Assembly (NCBI GenBank): GCA_051013385.1
Contig: CP143273.1
Location: 1,824,001-1,888,000, forward strand
Origin: Phormidium sp.
GTDB taxonomy: Bacteria > Cyanobacteriota > Cyanobacteriia > Cyanobacteriales > Aerosakkonemataceae
DNA length: 64,000 bases
Direction of reading: 5' to 3'
Made by a program: the position numbers and the translations under genes. The notes below the pieces were generated by a model that saw nothing but the letters and a program-made list of their open reading frames with translations, ran no database searches and was not told the origin of the DNA. This document shows, piece after piece, positions 1-9,864 of the stretch (within the stretch, counting starts at the first letter, position 1; each line of letters opens with the position of its first letter).

Positions 1-954
1 TTTTTGTGGTTGCAGTTGAGATTTGTGCGACTCCAACTCTTGTAAAGTCAGCAAGTCATTGATCAAATTAATCTCTAAATTACACTGTTGCTCCAAAATA
101 TCCAGATACCTTACCTGACGCTCTACAGGCAACCCGGGTTGACGTAACATACAAATTGCCATTCTCATGCTTGCCAAAGGGTTTCGCATTTGGTCACTCA
201 TCGTACTGAGAAACTCATCTTTGAGCGCATTTAACCGACGTAACTGGTCAATTTGTTGGCGAGTCTTTTCATACAGTTTAGCCTGAACAGACAAACTCCA
301 CTCTAACTGAGCCGTTCTTTCTTCCACCAAAGCTGAAGTTTGCCGCAATGTCTGAAACTGGAGAATAGCGATACTCAACTGGGCACTGACTAACTCTACC
401 AATTCCAACTCCTCAGTTAGCCAAGCACGGGGTTGACGTTGCTGTAACGCCAAAAAACCCAACACTGTCCCCTGACTTTCTAAAGAAATCAACAGTAAGT
501 TTGGCATACTGTCGAGGTCAAACACTGTGGCTACACACGCAGCGGAATCATTACAAGAAATGCAGCGTTTGTCGTTCAAAATTAACGGCTTGGGAGTATT
601 TTGGTAAGCCATCTGACACAAATCACATTCCGATAGCCAAAAAGATGAGTTAATTGAACTTGGCGAGGGTTGATTTCCTTCCGAAGTAGGGGTTAGCCAT
701 TCATAAATCACTGTGGCTTTAGCTCTCGGAATTGGCTTTTGGGAACGATTTTTTATCAGTGGATCTACGTATTTCAATAATAAGATTAGACTCCGCTCAA
801 TCTGTAGAGTCCGTACTAGACCATCTACAGCTAACTTGAGAATTGGATCTAGTTCGGTACAACTACGGATGGCGATCGTTAACTGATTAAGCAAAGCTTG
901 ATGCCTTGATGAGGTGTCAACTTGTTTATACAAATGAACTTGTGATATTGCCAT
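1..954 (-). CDS. GAF-domain sensor histidine kinase-like protein (runs off the window edge)
   Basis: Not in ORF track. ATG at 954 with in-frame TAA just upstream; hand translation gives GAF-type segments and LKDEFLSTMSDQMRNPLASM (HisKA-like H-box). Confidence 0.8.
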   Translation of the reverse strand, partial: MAISQVHLYKQVDTSSRHQALLNQLTIAIRSCTELDPILKLAVDGLVRTLQIERSLILLLKYVDPLIKNRSQKPIPRAKATVIYEWLTPTSEGNQPSPSSINSSFWLSECDLCQMAYQNTPKPLILNDKRCISCNDSAACVATVFDLDSMPNLLLISLESQGTVLGFLALQQRQPRAWLTEELELVELVSAQLSIAILQFQTLRQTSALVEERTAQLEWSLSVQAKLYEKTRQQIDQLRRLNALKDEFLSTMSDQMRNPLASMRMAICMLRQPGLPVERQVRYLDILEQQCNLEINLINDLLTLQELESHKSQLQPQK

Positions 955-1363
955 TGTTATTTAGTCCGACAAAGCTGAGAATTTTTGCGGTTTTTGATGC
1001 AGTCCCAAAAGCAACATTACCCTGTTAACATTTAAACTTGCTTTATGGTAAATAAGGTTACTTATAAGCAAGTTTGCTTTTGGGTACAAATGATAAATGT
1101 TCGGAAGTATTTGAGTACTGAAAACATTTATCCTCCGCTAACAATAATTTTTGGGAGAGTTTTTCCATCTAAGCCTGATTTGATATATATGTATTTTTGG
1201 CAGTATGTTATTTGCCTAATAAGTCAGACTTATAGACACTGCTTTCACAGAACCTCTATTACTGACACAACTGGCACTAGATTATCCTTTACGGACAAAA
1301 CTAGCATCCGTGTTTTCTCTAGAGATCAACTAAATTGAAGTACTAAGGACAAAAAATTCCTAC

Positions 1364-2275
1364 TTAACGCTGAGTTGAGCGCTTTTTTTGGGCTTCTTTC
1401 AAAGCTACTTCGCTACTTTGGCGATACAGCACCTTACGATTTTGCGCTAATTTGTAGCGAGCGTCATCAACTGGTACATTACTCATGTAATCCGAAGCCT
1501 TTTGCCAGTTAGCAGCTATTTCTAACCACTGCGCCGGAGTTTCGGCAACTTGACCTGCGGCGACAGCTTCTTCTGCTAGTTTCACCGCTATGCTAAAGGA
1601 ATCAGTGGGTTGGGATACACTGGTTTGCTGAACCACAGCTTTCGCCGTGTTGGCTGGTCTATTACCAGATGATAAGTTGGGCAAAGTGGGAAGAGAAGAA
1701 TCTAATTTTTTCGCCCTGGTTTGACTTGCTGGGCGAGTTATACTCTGATAAATCCACGAGCTAACTAATGACACTGATAAGCTCAATAATGCTCCGACGA
1801 TTATGCCTCGCCTCCATTGTTGCCGAGAACGTTCCACTGGAGTTAAAGAAGATTTTAGTGTCGGTTGCTTACCCAAACTAACTTTCTGCTCTGATAAAAT
1901 TTCTCCCCAGCCATCCCAGAAATGACGCTTGGGTAGTTTGATTTCCTCTACCCAGAGTAATTTATTCTCTGGATCGCGGTTAATTTCTTCTAACCAAATT
2001 AATTGCTGTTCTTGAATGATGCGACTATTAATTTTAGCTCGACGGATATTGCGGGGGCTAATGCTGGCTAATATTTCTTGAATTTGCGGCACTAAGGTTG
2101 ATTTTTCCAGTTTATCGGCCTTTTCAGCTTCACATAGCAATTGTAATAAGTCATTTTCTCGCACGGCTCTAGTTCTGACTCCAGTATCAGCCAGTTTGTC
2201 ATTAAGGAGTTGAATGATGGCCGCTACGCTTCCGCTTCTTGCTTGCTTAGCAACGTTTTCTCTCGGATTTACCAT
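1364..2275 (-). CDS. Conserved cyanobacterial hypothetical membrane protein (one TM, helical C-terminus)
   Basis: 303-aa ORF with TM segment GIIVGALLSLSVSLVSSWIY. Confidence 0.7.
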   Translation of the reverse strand: MVNPRENVAKQARSGSVAAIIQLLNDKLADTGVRTRAVRENDLLQLLCEAEKADKLEKSTLVPQIQEILASISPRNIRRAKINSRIIQEQQLIWLEEINRDPENKLLWVEEIKLPKRHFWDGWGEILSEQKVSLGKQPTLKSSLTPVERSRQQWRRGIIVGALLSLSVSLVSSWIYQSITRPASQTRAKKLDSSLPTLPNLSSGNRPANTAKAVVQQTSVSQPTDSFSIAVKLAEEAVAAGQVAETPAQWLEIAANWQKASDYMSNVPVDDARYKLAQNRKVLYRQSSEVALKEAQKKRSTQR

Positions 2276-2466
2276 TTTCGGATCGGCAATTGTTAGCTAG
2301 TTGCTCATAACAGTTTGGTCAAATCATTAGTTTAGAGTAGCAGTTACACAAGTAGACGCAAATAGACTTAACTGAAATAATGGCAAGATTAACACAAAAG
2401 TTACTCTTTATTCGCGATAAATTATGCTTGACTGGGAAACAAACAAAGCTAAAGGGGTGGCAACTC

Positions 2467-3204
2467 ATGGGTAAAATTGTGGAAGTACTTACTTATAGGG
2501 CCGATTTAATTTCCCGATCGCTGGGTCTAGTCAGCGAAAAAATTACCGAAGCGATCGCACTACGCGGAATTTGTACCATTGCCCTTTCCGGCGGCAGTAC
2601 ACCCAAAGCACTTTATGAAGCGATCGCCACCCAAAACCTCCCTTGGGAAAAAATTCATGTATTTTGGGGCGACGAACGCTACGTCCCACCAGACCATCCC
2701 GACAGCAATCAAAAAATGGCTAGGCAAGCTTGGCTAGATCGAGTAAACATACCCAGCAGCAATATTCATCCCATGCCCACCGCAGCCGACAATCCCGCAG
2801 CGGACGCAGGGCAACACGAAACCGAATTACAAGAATTCTTTTCCTCTTCAGTTGGGGAGTTGCCAATTTTTGATATTGTTTTATTAGGAATGGGAGATGA
2901 TGGGCATACTGCTTCTTTGTTTCCCCACACAGAGGCACTGCAAGTAAGCGATCGTTTAGTTACCGTAGGCAACAAAGACGGACAACCCCGCTTAACCTTT
3001 ACAGTACCTTTAATCAACAACGCTCGTAATGTGGTATTTATTGTTGCGGGTGCAAATAAACAGGCTGCCCTAGCTGAGGTTTTTGCTCCAGAAGCCGACG
3101 CGATGACCTATCCTGCCCGACTAATTCAACCTCAAGGACAACTTTGGTGGTTATTAGATGAATCAGCAGCCAAAAATCTAAATTTAGTTACCTCAGAACC
3201 ATAA
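2467..3204 (+). CDS. pgl: 6-phosphogluconolactonase
   Basis: ALSGGSTP, WGDERYVP, LLGMGDDGHTASLFP; start reassigned to ATG 2467 (ORF track extends to 2380). Confidence 0.95.
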   Translation: MGKIVEVLTYRADLISRSLGLVSEKITEAIALRGICTIALSGGSTPKALYEAIATQNLPWEKIHVFWGDERYVPPDHPDSNQKMARQAWLDRVNIPSSNIHPMPTAADNPAADAGQHETELQEFFSSSVGELPIFDIVLLGMGDDGHTASLFPHTEALQVSDRLVTVGNKDGQPRLTFTVPLINNARNVVFIVAGANKQAALAEVFAPEADAMTYPARLIQPQGQLWWLLDESAAKNLNLVTSEP

Positions 3205-3286
3205 TAAAATTTATTTAGGAGAGCAAACTAACTAAACCTAAATTCCCCGAAATCCCCTTGACAATGACCTCTAGGTAAAAAACTTC

Positions 3287-4060
3287 ATGATTGTTTGTCC
3301 GAACTGCAATCACCAAAATCCTGATGGCGCAGTACAATGCGAAGCCTGCTACACCCCCTTACCCGCGACTACTAGTTGCCCCAACTGTGGTGCGCCAGTA
3401 CAAACTGATGCTAGTTTCTGTGGTCAGTGCGGTTTTAGTCTCCAGAATAAAGCAGAAGCAGAAGCAGAAGCAGAAGCAGGAGCAGAACCACAAACAGCGG
3501 CACCCGCTACAGTGGCAATGACTCCCTCAGCGCCACCTGTAATGCCTTCTTTACCAGCACCAGATCCCTTAGTGGAACCAGAGCCCTTGGTTGTCGGTTC
3601 TTCAGCCGAGCCCGAAAATTTGAGTGTTCCATCAACTGTACCCCCATCCCCGGCACCTGTAACCCCAGTGATGGCATCCGGTAACAGTGCCACACCAAAT
3701 CAAGGAACCATTGCTCCGACAAGGATTCAGCAACAAAAAGCTCTGCTCAATCACGTCCAAACTAAAACGAATATTGAATTACCACAAAATTTATCAATTA
3801 TTCATTTGGGAAAACCTAATGAGCAAATTCCCCCAGATATCGACGTTTCTGGATTTCCCAATTCTGAGGTAGTTTCCAGAGTCCACGCAGATATTCGAGT
3901 TGAGGGAGATGCCTACTATATTGAAGATGTGGGAAGCTCTAACGGAACATACATTAACCATACGCCGTTGCCAAAGGGTAATCGACATCGATTGCGTTCT
4001 GGCGATCGCATTTCCCTGGGTAAGGGAGATCTTGTAACATTCTTATTTCAGCTTTCCTAG
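3287..4060 (+). CDS. Double zinc-ribbon + FHA domain protein
   Basis: Four CxxC pairs, Pro/Ala-rich linker, FHA motifs VSRVHA and GSSNGTYIN. Confidence 0.9.
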   Translation: MIVCPNCNHQNPDGAVQCEACYTPLPATTSCPNCGAPVQTDASFCGQCGFSLQNKAEAEAEAEAGAEPQTAAPATVAMTPSAPPVMPSLPAPDPLVEPEPLVVGSSAEPENLSVPSTVPPSPAPVTPVMASGNSATPNQGTIAPTRIQQQKALLNHVQTKTNIELPQNLSIIHLGKPNEQIPPDIDVSGFPNSEVVSRVHADIRVEGDAYYIEDVGSSNGTYINHTPLPKGNRHRLRSGDRISLGKGDLVTFLFQLS

Positions 4061-4090
4061 TCGATTTGACCCAGAGTTGACACTACCAAT

Positions 4091-4531
4091 GTGATTACAC
4101 TAAACCTACTACATCCGCTTCAGTCGATTCCCATTCAAAGCTGGACTTTTGAAGCAGAATCGCTGATTCGGATCGGACGTGCCACCGATAACGATGTGAT
4201 TCTTTATAGCGCCGTAGTCTCCCGCTATCATGTGGAACTGCGTCGTCAAGGTTCCAATTGGGAAGTAATTAATTTGGGTGCTAATGGCACATACTTAGAG
4301 GGTAAACGCATCACTGAAGCACCGATTAAAGATGGAGTGATGATTCGATTAGCTCGTTCCGGGCCCCAAATCCAAATCCATCTGGGAAGTTCTGGTACGA
4401 AAGAAGCACAAAAGACGACCTCGCAAAAACCAGTATCAGGAGAAGCGAAGCCGGGAGAAAAGTCCAGAGATACTTTAATTTATCCCAAAGGTGAACAACA
4501 AAAAGAAGACAGCACCCAATTAGATTATTAA
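4091..4531 (+). CDS. FHA domain protein
   Basis: IGRA, VSRYH, GANGTY; GTG start. Confidence 0.9.
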   Translation: MITLNLLHPLQSIPIQSWTFEAESLIRIGRATDNDVILYSAVVSRYHVELRRQGSNWEVINLGANGTYLEGKRITEAPIKDGVMIRLARSGPQIQIHLGSSGTKEAQKTTSQKPVSGEAKPGEKSRDTLIYPKGEQQKEDSTQLDY

Positions 4532-4610
4532 CTCAAGTTGCTAGCTATGCAAAATGTAATAAGCTGATTTAATGTGGTGATGTGGTAATCATCACATCAT
4601 TTTTATCTCC

Positions 4611-6722
4611 ATGCAGCTTAACGGCGCAGCGCCTTACTCCCTGTCTCTCAAAAGTGCCATTGACTCTCATAACGTGACAGTCACTCTGGATACTCCTGTG
4701 ATTGATGTACTGCACCTAATGGCGCAGATGCGAAGTAGTTGTCCAGTAGATACTGCGGCACGATCAAAAGAAATAGATGTGAGTTCGCCACAGGCTTTTA
4801 AAAGAGCTAGTTGTGCTTTGGTGATGAAAGACTCTGAGTTAGTCGGAATATTCACCCAAAGGGATATTGTTAGGCTAACGGCGATCGGCATGAACTTCCA
4901 AGGGGTGAAAGTCGCTGAGGTGATGTCCAGTCCGGTAATTAAGCTGATCGAGTCAGATGCTCAAGATATTTTTACGGCTTTGTCAGTTTTTCGTCAACAT
5001 CGGATTCGCCACTTACCTGTTTTAAACTCCCAAGGTGAATTGATGGGACTGCTGACACCTAAGAGTATTCGCGCCTCCATGCAACCAGCTAATTTGTTGA
5101 CGCGGTTGTGGTCTGTGGAGGATGTGATGAACACTCAGGTGATTCGCGCACCCATGACTACATCGGTGTTGAATTTAGCTCAGTTGATGGCAGAGTACAA
5201 AGTAAGTTGTGTGGTAATTACCAGGGTTGAAGAGAACAAAACTTTAGAGATTGGTAATCCATTACGAAGTTACATCGTACCTATGGGAATTGTCACTGAA
5301 GGGGATATTGTCCAGTTTCAGGCGCTAGAACTGAATTTATCCCAAATGCAAGCCCATGAGGTGATGAGTTCGCCACTGTTTTGTTTAAATCCTTCCGATT
5401 CATTATGGATTGCTCATCAACAGATGCAGCAGAGTCATGTCCGGCGTTTGGTAGTCACAGGCGAGCAAGGGGAGTTGTTGGGTATTGTTTCCCAAACTAG
5501 CTTGTTGAAAGTTCTCGGCGCTACGGAAATGTATGGGGTGATTGAAGATTTACAGCGAGCGGTGGACGAACGGACGACGGAATTAAGAGAAGCTAATCAA
5601 AGATTGCAGAGGGAAATTTTTTCCAGGGCGTTAGCGGAAGTGGAATTGCAAAAGGCTCACGATCATTTGAAAAGGCAAGTTGAGGAACGAACTGCTGAGT
5701 TAAAAGCGGCTAATGAGTTGCTCAAACAAGATATTGCGAAACGGCAAAAGGTGGAAGCAGCTTTGCGCCGCAGAGAGGCAGAATTACAAGAACAAGCGGC
5801 TCAGTTAGCAGCTACTTTACATCAGTTGCGATCGACTCAAGCTTCCCTAATTCAAGCAGAAAAAATGTCTAGTTTGGGACAGTTAGTGGCGGGAATTGCT
5901 CACGAAATTAATAATCCGATTAGTTTTATTCATTGTAATTTGCCTTACGCTAGTCAGTATGCGCGAGATTTATTAGATCTGGTGCAACTTTATCAAAAGT
6001 ATTATCCGCTTCCAGTGCCAGAACTTCAAGTTCGGGCTGAGGAAATTGATTTGAATTTTGTGTTGGAAGATTTGCTAAAGTTACTTAGTTCGATGCAAAT
6101 TGGGGCGGAAAGAATTCGCCAGATTGTTTTGTCTTTGCGGAATTTCGCTTTGTTGGATCAAGCGGAAATGAAACCTGTGGATTTGCATGAGGGAATTGAT
6201 AGTACTTTATCTCTTCTGCAAAATCGGTTGAAGGGAACTCCAGAATATCCAGGGATTTTGGTGATTAAGGAGTATGGGGATTTACCTCTGGTGGAGTGTT
6301 ATCCAGGACAGCTAAATCAGGTGTTTATGAATGTGCTTAATAATGCGATCGATGCTTTGGAAAGATGCGATACTGGTCGGTGTTCTGCGCCTTGTATTCG
6401 CATTCGCACCGAGTTGATTGAGGCTGTGGCGGGGAATGCGCGAGCTCATCAATCTCGACAAAAATCTTCTCTTTGTATTGGTAAGTTTCCTTGGTTGGCA
6501 ATTCGGATTCTTGATAATGGCCCCGGTATGACTGAGGATGTTAGACGTAAACTCTTCGATCCTTTTTTTACCACTAAACCAGTAGGTAAAGGGACTGGGT
6601 TAGGATTATCAATTAGTTATCAGATTGTAGTAGAAAAACACGGTGGTCAATTCAAGTGTATTTCCGCACTGGGACAAGGTACAGAAGTGGTGATTGAAAT
6701 TCCTATTAGGCAGAATAAATAA
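4611..6722 (+). CDS. CBS-domain sensor histidine kinase
   Basis: Two CBS pairs, coiled coil, AHEINNP H-box, DNGPG, FDPFFTTK, GTGLGL. Confidence 0.92.
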   Translation: MQLNGAAPYSLSLKSAIDSHNVTVTLDTPVIDVLHLMAQMRSSCPVDTAARSKEIDVSSPQAFKRASCALVMKDSELVGIFTQRDIVRLTAIGMNFQGVKVAEVMSSPVIKLIESDAQDIFTALSVFRQHRIRHLPVLNSQGELMGLLTPKSIRASMQPANLLTRLWSVEDVMNTQVIRAPMTTSVLNLAQLMAEYKVSCVVITRVEENKTLEIGNPLRSYIVPMGIVTEGDIVQFQALELNLSQMQAHEVMSSPLFCLNPSDSLWIAHQQMQQSHVRRLVVTGEQGELLGIVSQTSLLKVLGATEMYGVIEDLQRAVDERTTELREANQRLQREIFSRALAEVELQKAHDHLKRQVEERTAELKAANELLKQDIAKRQKVEAALRRREAELQEQAAQLAATLHQLRSTQASLIQAEKMSSLGQLVAGIAHEINNPISFIHCNLPYASQYARDLLDLVQLYQKYYPLPVPELQVRAEEIDLNFVLEDLLKLLSSMQIGAERIRQIVLSLRNFALLDQAEMKPVDLHEGIDSTLSLLQNRLKGTPEYPGILVIKEYGDLPLVECYPGQLNQVFMNVLNNAIDALERCDTGRCSAPCIRIRTELIEAVAGNARAHQSRQKSSLCIGKFPWLAIRILDNGPGMTEDVRRKLFDPFFTTKPVGKGTGLGLSISYQIVVEKHGGQFKCISALGQGTEVVIEIPIRQNK

Positions 6723-6874
6723 TTGTAAGTATTGGGTTTACAGTTAGTTACATCGGAATTTGGTAACTGTACTATTGCGGGAATTGTCGAACCATTCTTT
6801 AATTGATATGCTGGACATAAGCGGCGCAATGTCGTAACAATTATACACATAAATATGTTCCCAATTTTATAGCT

Positions 6875-7282
6875 GTGATTACTTTAAATCTGTTACATCC
6901 TAGCCAGTCTACCCCGGTTCAAAGTTGGACTTTTGACGCTGAACCTGTAATTAAGATTGGTCGTTCCAAAGAGAATGATGTGGTGGTTCTTAGCTCTGTT
7001 GTCTCTCGGAAACATATTGAGCTAGTGCATAATGGTTCGGAATGGGAAATTGTTAGTTTAGGTTCCAATGGAACTTATGTCAACGATCGCCCGGTGAAAA
7101 AGACAAAGGTTAATGATGGCATGATTGTCCGTTTAGGAAATTCCGGGCCAAAAATTCAAATTCAATTAGAAGTTGGAGATGCTGATAAAGTTAGCAAGAA
7201 ATCGGAATCTCAGCGATCGTCTGGGAATGATTCAGACCCATCAAAAGATAAAATGACTTACTTAACTATTCCTCCAGAATAA
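6875..7282 (+). CDS. FHA domain protein (paralog of 4091..4531)
   Basis: MITLNLLHP..PVQSWTF, IGRS, VSRKH, GSNGTY. Confidence 0.9.
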   Translation: MITLNLLHPSQSTPVQSWTFDAEPVIKIGRSKENDVVVLSSVVSRKHIELVHNGSEWEIVSLGSNGTYVNDRPVKKTKVNDGMIVRLGNSGPKIQIQLEVGDADKVSKKSESQRSSGNDSDPSKDKMTYLTIPPE

Positions 7283-8043
7283 TCGCGAAGTAATGATTTT
7301 TCATAACTAATGCTGCATTCACAACTTCTGCCAAAATGTAGCATTACAGCGGAAGAAAGACCAGCCCATAAAGGTGTATCTACATTAGCTTTTCCTAATG
7401 CTTCAGCTGCCCAATTATTACAAGTTCTCAGTATTGAATAACTTCCATTCGCTGCATAAAATCCACTACTAGATAAGTGACCATTGGCTATTCTAATTGG
7501 CTGATTCTGCGAATTGAATTGAAAAGTATTCTGGATAAATTGCGTTAATTTTAAGTAATCGGTTTTAGTAACTTTGACGCATTTAAGTTCTCGATTTTGG
7601 GGAAGTTTGGCAAATCCTTGGACAAGAATTGTGGAAGGAGTAGGTAAAAACAGTGCTTTGACAGCAGTAATGATATTTAATTCTGCCAGGGTAGGAGTTT
7701 GAATATAAAAATCTCGATCGCCCCAACCAAAGGTAAGATATTTATAATTAGCTGTAGCATCTTTCCCAATTTCATAAATGTTAATAAATTCCCGCCAATC
7801 AACTAAGTTATTGCTAACCGGAAGGACAATATTTATGTGCATCCCATCATTAATAATGCAGATAGAAAAATCGCATTTTTCTTGGTTAATATTGCAGTTG
7901 ACTATTGGTGTAAAATAACCAATAGCTAACAAGGTAAGCAAGGAAAGTTTGCCCAATAGAGCATAGTAAAAAAACTTTTTTACTCGACACTGTTTATTTT
8001 GAGGTATTAATTTAGCCAGTAACTTTTTATTAAATATAGGCAT
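7258..8043 (-). CDS. DUF2459/TIGR02117-like protein
   Basis: FGWGDRDFY, FYAANGSY, TCNNW motifs; N-terminal TM. Confidence 0.8.
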   Translation of the reverse strand: MPIFNKKLLAKLIPQNKQCRVKKFFYYALLGKLSLLTLLAIGYFTPIVNCNINQEKCDFSICIINDGMHINIVLPVSNNLVDWREFINIYEIGKDATANYKYLTFGWGDRDFYIQTPTLAELNIITAVKALFLPTPSTILVQGFAKLPQNRELKCVKVTKTDYLKLTQFIQNTFQFNSQNQPIRIANGHLSSSGFYAANGSYSILRTCNNWAAEALGKANVDTPLWAGLSSAVMLHFGRSCECSISYEKSLLRDYSGGIVK

Positions 8044-8160
8044 GGTTAAGTAGATTAGCTAGAACTAGGGCATTGAATCTTTTTCAGGATAGAGTAAAAT
8101 TCAAGTATATTTTATCTATAATTTTCCAGCAAGGTTATTTAAGAAGTTAGGAGGTAATTT

Positions 8161-8928
8161 ATGGATACACCAGAATCAGTGATTAAGCAAAGCCAACTAA
8201 TTAATCTGTTAGTGATCGATCGCCGCACCGCAGAAGAGTTAGGACGGGTAGATTATTTGTGGTTAGATCCGCAAATTCATAGAGTCATCGGTTTAAGTTG
8301 TAAGTCAGGTTTTTTGGGTAGCAGTAAACAAGGTGTAACTTGGCGACAAATTGACTCTTTTGGCGAAGATAGCATTTTGGTAAATATTAACCGTGACGAA
8401 TTTGCTAATCCCGAAAAACCTGATGAAGTATATTCTTTAATTGGTCATGGAGTGTGGACGGATACTGGTAGTAAGGTTGGCAAGTTAGTAGATTATTTAA
8501 TTGTACCTCGGAGTGGTGCTGTAGTTAATTATTTGTTCGCTTCTAGTGGTTGGCGGGGAATGTTAGATGGTCTTTACATTTTACCAATTTCTAAAATTCG
8601 CACTATTGGTAGTAAGCGGTTAATTGTAGAGGAAGCGACTTTTCAAGAACCGCAATTTTATTCTGAGGGTTTGAATCAAAAAGTAGGACAAATCAAAGAG
8701 TTACTTCAGACAGATTTAGAGGAGACAAAGCGCCATTTAGATTCCCTAGCAAGGGGGGCGCAGAATATTGCGGAACAAGCAAAAGATAGGGCGAAAGAGT
8801 TGGGCGATCGAGCAAAAGAACAACTTTCCGAAACTCAACAAAAATCGGAAAATCCTGCTTTACCGGAAGCGCCAGAGATTATTCAAGTTAAAGCTGAGTT
8901 GGTAGAAGATTCTGAGGAGAAGAAATAA
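8161..8928 (+). CDS. PRC-barrel domain protein
   Basis: Two PRC-barrel-like repeats (ELGRVDYL; VWTDTGSKVGKLVDY) plus coiled tail; RBS AGGAGG. Confidence 0.85.
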   Translation: MDTPESVIKQSQLINLLVIDRRTAEELGRVDYLWLDPQIHRVIGLSCKSGFLGSSKQGVTWRQIDSFGEDSILVNINRDEFANPEKPDEVYSLIGHGVWTDTGSKVGKLVDYLIVPRSGAVVNYLFASSGWRGMLDGLYILPISKIRTIGSKRLIVEEATFQEPQFYSEGLNQKVGQIKELLQTDLEETKRHLDSLARGAQNIAEQAKDRAKELGDRAKEQLSETQQKSENPALPEAPEIIQVKAELVEDSEEKK

Positions 8929-9009
8929 GTTTAAGTTGGCAAATTGGGGGAAGTGCGATCGGCATTTCTCCCCGTAAGCTGGCAAATATTTAGTTAGGAG
9001 AATTAGCTA

Positions 9010-9621
9010 ATGACGGGAATTATCCAAGCAGTTGAAAAGCGTTACTACTCCCCAGAGGAGTATTTAGCATTGGAAGAAGCGGCGGAATCTAAAAGTGAAT
9101 ATTACGATGGGGAGATTGTACCGATGACGGGTGGAACTACTAATCATAACCAAATTGCACTTAATGTAAGTGTTGCTTTAAGTATTGCTTTCAAAAGAAA
9201 AGATTATCGAGTTTTTATGGGTGATGTCCGTTTATGGATACCGAAAAAACGAAGTTACACTTATCCAGATGTGATGGTAATTGCGGGAAAACCAGAATAT
9301 TTTGAGCAACGAAAGGATACTGTTACTAATCCTCAAGTAATTGTGGAGGTGTTATCTAAATCTACTAAAGCTTACGATCGAAGTGGGAAGTTTAAGTTTT
9401 ATCAGACGATTCCGAGTTTTCAAGAATATATTTTGATTGACCAAAGTCAGAGGTCTATTGAACAGTATTCTAAGCAGGAAAATAAGCGGTGGTCTTATTA
9501 TGTTTATGATGAAGAAGATTTGGCGTTAGTTTTTAGTTCTTTTTCGGTGGAAGTGTCTTTGGAAGATATTTATGAGAAGGTTGATTTTGATGCAGAAGAA
9601 ATAGAAGATGTGGGGGAGTGA
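9010..9621 (+). CDS. Uma2 family endonuclease
   Basis: EYYDGEI, YPDVMV, IVEVLSKST, DRSGKF, EYILIDQ. Confidence 0.92.
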   Translation: MTGIIQAVEKRYYSPEEYLALEEAAESKSEYYDGEIVPMTGGTTNHNQIALNVSVALSIAFKRKDYRVFMGDVRLWIPKKRSYTYPDVMVIAGKPEYFEQRKDTVTNPQVIVEVLSKSTKAYDRSGKFKFYQTIPSFQEYILIDQSQRSIEQYSKQENKRWSYYVYDEEDLALVFSSFSVEVSLEDIYEKVDFDAEEIEDVGE

Positions 9622-9635
9622 ATAGTTGAAATTTA

Positions 9636-9675
9636 ACCGCAGATGAATGCAGATGAACGCGGATGAACGCAGATG
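9636..9675. repeat. Tandem 10-mer (AACGCAGATG)x4; second locus at 24588-24628
   Basis: Read directly; same unit at both loci. Confidence 0.85.
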
Positions 9676-9778
9676 TAGAGGGGGGTTTTTGTGGGAGGTG
9701 CGATCGCGCTTTTCTATTCGATCGTTCACTTTCCCTATTTGCGCTTCCATCTCAGCAATTAATCAGGTAAAATAGCTC

Positions 9779-9864
9779 AAAAATAAAGAAACCATCCGCA
9801 AATTTTCCGAACCGCTGATGGCTTCTTAAGATATTAAAAAATCATCCTTAAAGGACGATCATCA
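9779..9864 (-). ncRNA. Predicted cis-antisense RNA over the 5' UTR of 9864..10697
   Basis: Minus-strand TTTACC-17bp-TACAAT (9899-9871), stem 9786-9796/9817-9827 and a downstream T-rich tract. Confidence 0.45.

Noticed and set aside
1045..1338. 97-aa ORF
   Set aside because: No recognisable motif or RBS; lies in an AT-rich promoter region
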